A DNA stretch of 60,584 nucleotides, counting the filler, from Bipalium vagum (taxonomy: Eukaryota), in the NCBI GenBank assembly GCA_037834085.1. It is 3 parts of 3 records of this genome, joined end to end, with 100 filler letters (N's around TTAATTAATTAA, not from the genome) between each part and the next. Parts side by side here need not be neighbours in the genome. Positions count along the whole stretch, not along the records: positions 42,962 to 60,584 come from JBBMKC010058426.1; 2 more parts are not named here. One strand, 5' to 3'. The translations under genes and the position numbers were made by a program. Below are positions 51,061 to 60,584 of this stretch, piece by piece. The notes below the pieces were generated by a model, which was not told the DNA's origin, did not search any database, and worked only from the letters and a program-made list of their open reading frames with translations. The first letter of the stretch is position 1. Each line of letters opens with the position of its first letter.

Positions 51061-51344
51061 GTCTAGGATTTTTTGAAGTGATAAAGAGTACTTCGATTGA
51101 TAAATTAATAATGAGAGAAAAGCTTGATACCATCAATATATACATTACATTGCATATTTTAAATTATTCACATTGTTAATATAAAATTACAGTCATTATT
51201 ATTGTTTATGAAAAATTTGAAGTTTCTTGACTCCCGATACGTCTTCATCAAAGATTTACTTGAAAAGTTGTGTATATATTAATATTATAATATTATGTAG
51301 TTATTTAAGGATTTTTAGTACAAGCCTAATTAGCACATTTCTTT

Positions 51345-51660
51345 TAGGTTGGAAAGATATTCGTAGCCATTTTATGTTTAGATATTGAAACACATTATAA
51401 AATCTATTTTATGTAAAAGTAACGTACAGTTACAGAATTACTATCATTCAGGGTAGTAATCACCATTAAAATCAACAAAAAGCCATGTAAATAGTGAATT
51501 TCACCAAGATAGATGAATTTGGTGAGCCACGTTTTCAGGTCTTCATCTCCTACGAACGATATTCTCTAATACCTCTCGTCAAAGTGAAAATTAGGTAGTA
51601 GTCATCTTTGGTAGATCCGGACTACTTGCTGGATACGTAAGAGCTTCCAAACTCAATATT
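51345..51660 (-). mobile_element. mariner 3' remnant
   Basis: SPDLPKDDYYL...DEDLKTWLTKF-like translation with a TTAGGTTGGAAAG terminus. Confidence 0.55.
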
Positions 51661-51696
51661 ATTGATTTTCAATGACATTGACATATTATTTATATA

Positions 51697-51926
51697 CAGT
51701 TGAGTCTCGATATAACGAACCTGTGTGAAACAAATAGTTGGTCGCACATCATATATATACAAATTAAACTTTGATACAGCAAATTTTGATATAACGAAAT
51801 TTTATGAAACATTTAAATTTACGAATTTTAAATTTACATAATAGTTATACTTCGATTTAACGAAACTTTGATATAACGAAGTAATTTGATCGGTCACTTG
51901 AAATTCGTTATATCGAGACTGAACTG
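51697..51926. mobile_element. 230-bp pogo/Tigger-type MITE, plus a partial duplicate of its right end at ~51994-52045
   Basis: TA-CAGTTGAGTCTCGATATAACGAA at the left and TTCGTTATATCGAGACTGAACTG-TA at the right, with several internal TTxGATATAACGAA repeats. Confidence 0.85.
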
Positions 51927-52297
51927 TAAATGGAATTTGATACGCTAAATACATTATATATGTATGACGTCATATACATGTTACATAATATGTATACTTC
52001 GATTTAACGAAGTAATTTGAAATTCGTTATATCGAAACTGAACTGTAGATAAAAGTGTGTCTTTCAGTTATGTATCTGCTAGTTATAACTGACAAATACT
52101 ATCCATTCACAACGGTCAAGCTATATATATATTAGTTTAGAACATATCTGTAATTCTAATTTATTCAAATAAATCTTCTTTAAAATCCTTAATTCTATTA
52201 CAAATAGGAAAAGAAGCATTTTAAGATAATGTCTTAATAAAAAATCTTATATTTTTGAATTTGTATAAAATAAGCTGGAATTTTGTCTTGAATTTTT

Positions 52298-53440
52298 TTA
52301 AAAATGTACATAATTAATAATTGATATAACTTCCTTTTCATAAAATGAGTTAAATTTTTTTGTCATTGATTCCATTAATTTAACAATAGTTTCTCTTGAA
52401 ATATTTTGCCAAGCATTCCGTAGTGCAGTTTCAAGTTCGACCACTGAGTGGATAGAACCGCACAATCCTCTATCGAAACTGCGGTAATCACCCTGAGACA
52501 CAGGCATATGTACTCAATCATTGCAAATGTCGACGTCGCGGATAACCTTGGTGACAACCAGAGACTGGGAGAATTTTGTATCATTTAAAAATTTTAATTA
52601 TGTGTTCGACTGCAGTATCTTGTACAGATGTACGTGTTATAATAAATAAACCTTACTAATTTGTCATTTTTCATAAGTTATCTTACTGAAATTCCTACGT
52701 TTTTCACGGTATCCATTATATATCTGAAATCAATGATGACAAAATAAGAAATTGGATGTTTTATGATCATCGTTTTGTAGATAAGGATGCAAGACATGTA
52801 GCGTTATCCTGGTGATAAACTATGTAATTGATGAACAATATATATATTTAAGAATGTTTTTGAAAGGATGTGGAGTCAAGCTCATTAATAATTGCTAACT
52901 CTGATTTATAAGTAAGACCAAACGCACTAAGCTTCATAAAATGTTAGAACCAAGGATCTTACTGCCTAAAATTGGTAAGTCTTTCCGTATGTCCCGCCAG
53001 TAAGTATGAATACCACCTGGTTTATTAAAATTAAATTTCTTCAAGTCGGAAAACATAATTTTTCCACTTCGCAGTTCATGTTATGTTTTTTAACAAATGC
53101 CATCTTTTCTAATGGGTTTTATCACAATGCAAAATGACTTTAATTTTTCATAGTTAAAATTATTAGAAATTAATACCTGCTTTGTCCTTCTTTTGGCTAT
53201 TTTAACACCAGGCGATCTTTTAATGTCTTCTGATGACATTAAATTGCAGCTGGTAACACGAAAAATTCTTTTATCTCTCGTAGATATTTTCCTGTAACCT
53301 TTGATGGGCTTTTAATTACATAATCTTTATTTAAATATAAGATTATAACTTTACGAGACCTTGAAACTTTTTGACAAATAGCATAAATGCTCCATCATTG
53401 ATCACCCTAAGCTTTAATTTGTTATTTTTTATCATTATGT
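52298..53440 (-). mobile_element. Tc3-like transposase pseudogene, heavily decayed
   Basis: IMFSDLKKFNFNKPGGIHTYWRDIRK resembles Tc3 FSDEKKFNLDGPDG..YW.DLRK. The C-terminus reads SVVELETALRNAWQNIS...LMESM. Confidence 0.75.
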
Positions 53441-56199
53441 TGTTAATTATTATTATTATGTATAAAATTAAGATAAATTATTTATATATGTATATCTATT
53501 TATTATATATATACATATAATAAAGGAATTTAACTAAACTAAGGAAATTATGAAAAAATTCATAAAAACTTTTTCAATTAAAATTGAGAATTTTTTTTAA
53601 AAAATCGATAGAACTTTTATAGATTTCTTTGTTTTAATTAATAAAATAGACACATAAAAGTATATTTTTATTTATTAGAAAAAAACTATTCAATGCTATG
53701 ATGCCTCTCGTTTTCACTTTGATTTTAATTAGAAAATAAAAAAATTAAATAATAGTAAANNNNNNNNNNNNNNNNNNNNNNNNNNNNNNNNNNNNNNNNN
53801 NNNNNNNNNNNNNNNNNNNNNNNNNNNNNNNNNNNNNNNNNNNNNNNNNNNNNNNNNNNNNNNNNNNNNNNNNNNNNNNNNNNNNNNNNNNNNNNNNNNN
53901 NNNNNNNNNNNNNNNNNNNNNNNNNNNNNNNNNNNNNNNNNNNNNNNNNNNNNNNNNNNNNNNNNNNNNNNNNNNNNNNNNNNNNNNNNNNNNNNNNNNN
54001 NNNNNNNNAATATTAATAAATGTACAATAAGGCATTACATTTTTCAAAAAAACATATTTCAAAAACTTTGTTAATTAATTTTTTAATAATTTTATTTTTG
54101 TTTGAAATGCAGTGATATTCATCATTGAGTTACAAGAATTTTCTATTTTACTATAAATAACCAATTATATATTTTTTTATTCTTTTCGTATATAAAAGGA
54201 ATTTTTTTTTTCTTTAAAAAATAATTAAAAATATTTTAATTACGTTGATTTGTAATGCAAACTTTACTATATAAAAAATAATACTTCATTAAAACAAAAA
54301 TTCTTTTTTTACTTATTTAATGGTAATTGTAATTAATGTCTAATTTGGATATTTAATTTGAAAATGAAAAAAACCATAAGCAATCAAAAATATTAAAAAA
54401 TATTTTGCACGTTTTAATTGCCAAACATTATTATGAATCAAGATTTGTCCATGTATTCGAATGAGAACAATAAATATTGGCGATTAATGCATTCTTCTCC
54501 TTCGAATGTGTGAAAGAAAGGATTAATATATTTAGTAAATATTACCAATAAAAAATGATATTTAGTCTGAAATATAAGAAAAAGATAATTGGTGAAAAAT
54601 AAATATTCCAAAAGGTAATATATTACAAAAATATAAAAATAAAACAAGGAAACTTTCATACCCTTTATTAAAGTATTTCGAAGTTTTTATTATATACTGC
54701 AGCTATTAGTCTTTATAGTGCAAGAATATAAAAATTTATCGCAATTAAATATTAAAGAGATTTTGAAGAGAAACACAAAACATTATGTATCTGTAATATA
54801 AAAACCATTAGAGTTTATTAAATTGATCATCTTTATATTAATTAAAATATTTTATTATTATTAGCGTCTTTATCAATTCAGCTTTTAGGGTTCATATCGC
54901 TTATATTAATATTTGTTTAATCAAATCAATAAAGATATCAAATAGCAAAGTAATTTTAAAAGTATAGTTATTATTATTAATATTAAATAAAAAATTATTA
55001 AGAACTATTTTTAGTAAGCACGTACTTACTATATATAGAATTATTTTAATGAACTAGTATAAATACGTCGAGTTCTCATCATTAAATGTCACAAAATTAT
55101 CCGAATTTAGTTCGAACGAACTATGATTATGAATATTACAGTAGTAGTAATAAATAGTAATTTTTATTTATTACGCCAGTAATTGTGAATTACTATGTAT
55201 AAACTATTTTTACGGAATAGTACCATTAAATAATGATTCCTTTCTAAATAAAAATACTTCAAAATAAATATTAGATTAAGTAATTTTGTCGTTATTTTTC
55301 CATCAATTTTGAACCAGATATTTTTATTTTTAATAGTTTGCATATCTATTAGGGTAGTGAACTATATTCTGAAGGACTTTTGAGATTTGTATAGCAATAT
55401 TGTACGAGGTTTTTTACTTTTATTAAACCTAAATTTTTGAGGATAACTTTGTATACAGAATCAATAAAAATAAACATAAAAGATTTGTTATTTTGGTTAT
55501 TTGAATTTATTATTTGATGAAAATTTAAATTATTGATGAATATTTAAATGAACGCGATAAGAAGCTCCACCTTTTTGAGAAACTTAACAAAATTATTAAT
55601 TCATGAATAAAGATGAGGTAACATTCTGGGTCTCTGGTTGTGTGAATCGTCACAACTGCATTATCAGAGCTCGCGAAACACAGTTTAGAAAGTTCTGTAA
55701 ACATCACCAAAATACAATGGTTAGCAATTTTTCTAAAATAAATTCTTCCGTACTTTATTAAGAAAATCAGAAGACACTTACTAATGCAGAAAGATCATTT
55801 TGTACCAAATGTAACAGAATGTTTATGTAAGAATACATATCTCCAATTGTGTGGTGTACTTGCACATTGAAATAAAACAGTATGAAGGTTTCTTCATGAA
55901 ACATTTCATCAAAACTGGATTGGGTTTGGGTTAACTGTTCACTTAGAAGTCCAGATTCCCTTCTAACTTCTTTTTTTCTTTGAGACTATTTAAAAATTGT
56001 TTAAACTTTCCAGCAAATGAGTTAATCTAGAACCAGATTTTGTTGAGAGTTTCGGAACATTAAGACTTTCTTCTATAGTCTTGTTTCTGGTCACTGAAAG
56101 ACTGAAAAGGTGCCTGTTTAGTAAAATGGCCCCAAACTCACAATCAAACCAAAATTATATTCATTAGTAAAATTTAAATTTAATAAAAATTATTTAGTC

Positions 56200-56660
56200 G
56201 ATTCAGAAGTGGAAAATTTGATCTTTCAGATATCTAACACCCTCGGCAATCAAATAAAATTGAAAATGAAGACCTTGAAAATTTTATTGGATGAAATCCA
56301 TGGAGGATGCACACAGAGCATACTATACAACTTTGCTTTAAACAGGAGACAATATCCCGTCGACTAAAACAGTTAGTAAGGATTCACAAAGCTCACAGAT
56401 GGGTCCCTTATAGTCTTATTCTGGAGACCAAGGAAAGGTGATTCAAAAATGTGGTATCCATTCTAACAAGAATTAAGATAAAGGATATTTTGGGCGATTA
56501 AATATTGGTAATCTTCTTGATAACGATAATCGCAAACGAAAAGAATCTTGGGCTCTTCCAAGTGCATCGTCTTTGGCTATTGTGTAGCACGACATCCACG
56601 CAGTCAAATATTTGCTATGTATTAAACGAGACTATCTTGGAGTGTTCTACTATGATTTAT
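56200..56660 (+). mobile_element. mariner internal remnant
   Basis: RWVPYSL and DNRKRKESW...IHAVKYLLCI..DYLGVFYYDLL. Confidence 0.7.
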
Positions 56661-58094
56661 TAATAATAATTATTATTATTATTATTAAATAAGAATAACG
56701 TTTTCCTAAGTTTAAACATAAAATGTTCTATCCAGCTAAGTCTGAATTATTACTTTAAATTTTTGTTCTATTTTTATATTTTCTTACGACTAAAGATTCG
56801 ATAAAAACACTTAAATTTGATTTTGATTTTTTGACAAAATAGAGCATTAATTAAAACAAAAATACTTTTTCAAAAGAAATATAAAATACTTCAAATGGGT
56901 TTTCCTTCTAAGAAATTTAAAATTGAATAATTTCCTCTAATTAATCGAAGACAGACAGATATGGATTTATGAAATGTTATCATAAAAATAAAGCTTAATG
57001 TCACATTCCCTTTCCGAGCTATGTATATTTATGAAATCTTTTAATATTAAATAAAAAACTAGACGATTTAATTGGATCAAAATAAGATTGAAGCCACCCA
57101 GCAGAGAATTTAATTTTCCATCCATGCATGACGCTCTATGTTAATTTGTTATAGATCTACAAAGATTTACAGGTCAAAATTCGCTTTATAAATTATGCCA
57201 GTTTTAACAGCTGCGTGTATTATACACTTTTGATAGGGATCAGATATCACTTCTGAGCTCGGATTATGAGACAGGAAACAGCCAATTTTCGGATAATAAT
57301 ATTATTAAGGAAGAATTAATTGCGTTAGACTTTTTATAAGTTCTTTTCCTCCTTGAAATGTATTCTTTTTCTTTTATTTGTTTCAAATATTGTGATTTTT
57401 ATTTTAATATATTTTGATTGTTATGAATCTCAAAACCTTTCTGGCATTATTTCCTTTTATATCCTTTTATTTCTTTACGTTTCATTAATTATATTTAATC
57501 AGTAAACATTTTTATTAACAATTTAACAATTTCTAAAATATTTTACAATAATTAAAATGATTTTCATTTTGTCTTTATTTTTCGGTATTCTTATTAAAAG
57601 TATTATTATATTGTTTTAATCTTAAATTTTCAAAGAATTTAAGACAAGATTTTCCTGGATAATTAATACTTTAAAGTTTTTTAATATTGTCAACATCGGA
57701 AATGTTTTAAAATGTAATTTATTTTGACTTGAGTAATTAAAGGAACATAATATGTGATATTGCATTTTGTTTTAATGAGTATAAATATATCTTTTATTGT
57801 TTACAATATTTTTCTATAAATTAAACAAACATAAAATTATTAATGTAACAGATATATAATAAGAATTTGATACATGCTTTAAATGAATTGATACAAATTA
57901 TATTGGTAATAATTTATGCAAAAATGATAAATTTATAATAAATAATACCTTAAAGAGGAATGATAGGTTTTGAGAAGAAAAAGCGTTTTTGAGGACTTTT
58001 GTGATATAATTTTTATTTTGAGATCATTTTTGAATTACATTTTGTCAAGGTGTTCATTTATTTTATATATTTTTATTTATTATACATATTATTT

Positions 58095-58484
58095 ATTATA
58101 ACGCTCCTATTCACAAAACAAAGAAATCCCTAGAAACATTAGCAAAAACTGAATTTGTGCAGCTGGACCATCCCCTTACAGTCCAGATCTGGCATCAATG
58201 ATTTCTGGTTGTTCAGTTTCTGAAGAAAGACATGCGAGGACAAAAAATTGTTTCAAAGGATAATATGAAGGATAATGTGACAAATTCCTCTTGAAGAAGG
58301 ATAAAAACTTTTTTGAAATGGGCTTTAATGGAATGGTAGATGGGTGGAATAAGTACTTCGATGAAAACGGCGGTTATAACAAGAAATGAGACCTATGTGT
58401 GTATATGTATTGTTAATAAAACTTTTATTCACTTATCTTCATTGTTTTTGGTATATTCTAAGTACTTTTTAGCCTTAACACGTA
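58095..58484 (+). mobile_element. mariner 3' remnant
   Basis: LDHPPYSPDLAS/DFWLF..LKKDMRG...WNKY.DENGGY followed by a TIR-like end ...ACACG-TA. Confidence 0.8.
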
Positions 58485-59789
58485 TGATATTAACGTAGTA
58501 TATTATATCAATAGTAATAAAATACTAATCTTTTGCACACCTATGATTTACTTGATAATATAATAATAATAATAATATTATTATTATTAACTGTTCATAA
58601 TATTGTCAATAATAATGTTTAATTTATTTCTGTTACATTTATTTTTCTTATTTCACTTTTCACAATAATTTTTTCAATAATTTGATCTTACATAGAGCAA
58701 AAAAGTAAAATAATTTTGAAAAAAATATCAATAATAAAAAAATCGAAAAATTACTTCATTTTTCCCATTATTAAAATTACCAAAATCTTTTTATAAAATA
58801 TTGAATGTAAAATAAAAAAAATATTTTTTTAACAAACCATATTTAATTTAAACAAAAAAATGAAGATTTCTTGAAAGTCATATTGATTTTTTAAGTATCA
58901 TGTTTCAAAAATTAAATTGTTTTATAAGACCATCTGAAGGCAGATAAAATCCCGTTTCAAAGTAAAATACCATTGATAATTTTCTGATTTTTCGACTCGT
59001 TCTGGAGACTCGCATATGATAAACAGAAATCGAAGTAATTGATGCAATCTTTTCTCTAAACTAATTTATATAACTGATGAGAGATTATTTTTTTTGTTAT
59101 CAATGGAAAATAAAAATAATAATGGTATCACATTTGATCAATTTCTTTTTTTATAAATTATTTTTGATAAATCCTCAAAACAGGAAAATGTTTGTTTGTT
59201 TAAAGTCAATTTTATTAAAACAATTTTAACAAAATTTAAACAAAAAATAATTTGATTAAATGTAAATTGCCTAATATTTTGAAAATGAAATCATTGAGAA
59301 TTTAGATTTAATTTTTTTGATATTAAAAAAAAATATTGTCAATAAAAATACATTTAAGCATTAAAACAAAAATAAATTATCAATTATCTAATCACAGCAA
59401 TGGTCGAATGATTCTAAATCTCATGTCTATCATTTCAGAAATTGTTCACTGACTCTGCAGCTATTTCCATTCTGGTTGAACAGTTGCAATATATCACAAG
59501 CAGTAGAAATAAATAATATAAAATAAATTATAAAATGATGTATATAACCAAACGATTCAACTTTCTAAATTCGATAGTTTAAAGGGAAAATTAACAAATT
59601 TACAATGGAAAATTCAATGGAAAAAATACTTGATAGTGGGCTTTGATTTTCGAAATAATTTTTAATTTTATATTATAATTATTTTTGCCAGAATACTCTT
59701 CATTTTATGTTGAGTTGCAATTACTTTGGTTAAGTATTGGATCAATCCATAAAATCATATAAATAATAAATTTACATTTGTTTTAATCG

Positions 59790-60190
59790 TGGATGATTTT
59801 TTATTGTTCTCTATAATCTTTTGTCTTCTTAAAAGAAGATGTAACAACAGTTCTGTTTTCAGGGTCTCTTTATCCCATGTCTATTCCTTTAACCTGTTTT
59901 CCAAAACAGTAGGTCTTTTGATATATTGCTCGATATCCTCTCCATCACATATATATATGAAGTTTTCTTTGAGATTCCTGTCTCTTGATTTTGGTTTCCG
60001 AAATGCACTTCTCTTTCGCTTTTCAAAATCTGTTTTCGAACCCAATAGTTCGTATTTTTCTCTTAAATATTTCTTCATCAGTCATATCTCTACATCATTT
60101 CTCTACATCGTCCGATCTTTGAAATGCCTACGGTTTCATAGATTCATCAAGACATTCTCTGATTACCGCGAAATAGACTTGAGACATTTT
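59790..60190 (-). pseudogene. Disrupted ORF, possibly retroelement gag-like
   Basis: Charged helical translation with DGEDIEQYIKR..LENRL and multiple stops. No diagnostic motif. Confidence 0.25.
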
Positions 60191-60584
60191 TTGTAAAATA
60201 TATTTATTTTCTTATAGTTAACTTATATTGAATTTATTAAGGTGGTTGCCAAATCATTGTGGAAAATGGAAAATTGACTCGGTATTTATACCTTTTCAGC
60301 TATTTTTTATTTAGTTGATTCGAATAAATAAGGCCTCTTGTTTCTTGTACTTTAACTTTTTCATTTTTTTTTAAAAACTAAGTTTGCCAATTTTTTCAGA
60401 TTTTCTTTTGTTCTGTTCCCAAAGTTCTAATATAAATAATCTCTTCGTTTATTATTATCGGTTCATCTAAGCATAATAAATTAGCACATTTTAGTAAATT
60501 ATATTCTTCTGAATCGGATGAAAAAATTTCAGTATTGTCTTGGTTATCAACTCCTGCATGTTTGAAACAATTAATTATAATCGA

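Noticed and set aside
51697-51926. Repeated GATATAACGAA units as a CRISPR-like array
   Set aside because: The spacing is irregular, the units lie within TIRs with a TA duplication, and the context is eukaryotic. These are MITE subterminal repeats.
47898-54062. ORFs containing long X runs
   Set aside because: They are read through assembly gaps.
55525-56120. Possible hAT-like transposase remnant
   Set aside because: It looks like decayed coding DNA, but no diagnostic motif could be recovered.
60237-60270. TTAA-GGTGG possible Kolobok terminus
   Set aside because: No partner TIR or transposase evidence within the window.

Overview
Very AT-rich animal genomic DNA with spliceosomal GT-AG introns, many only 42-55 nt long. 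The composition, (AAT)n tracts and Tc1/mariner load are compatible with a lophotrochozoan such as a planarian, but that is an inference. Three intact host genes can be spliced by hand into uninterrupted reading frames. (1) A minus-strand Egalitarian-like protein of about 587 aa, with three winged-helix repeats, a cold-shock/OB-like domain and a C-terminal TQT dynein-light-chain motif, but no exonuclease domain. (2) Mitochondrial aconitase ACO2, 11 exons, about 776 aa. (3) An alpha7/ACR-16-like nicotinic acetylcholine receptor alpha subunit, 9 exons, about 521 aa, starting only 443 bp downstream of ACO2 on the same strand. Most of the rest is dead mobile DNA: DD34D mariners, Tc1/Tc3, maT-like, rosa-like, a DD39D-family element with 40-residue spacing, pogo elements, two MITEs, a NeSL/Utopia-like non-LTR fragment and a gypsy RT fragment. 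At about 21.4-25.1 kb lies a decayed Polinton/Maverick (adintovirus-like) virion module with a parvovirus-type PLA2, a Gly-rich core protein, an adenain protease, a fibre-like protein, a TM protein and a packaging ATPase; the ORF track almost entirely misses it. There are four assembly gaps, two of them containing an artificial TTAATTAATTAA linker. All family assignments come from motif recognition; no database searches were run.
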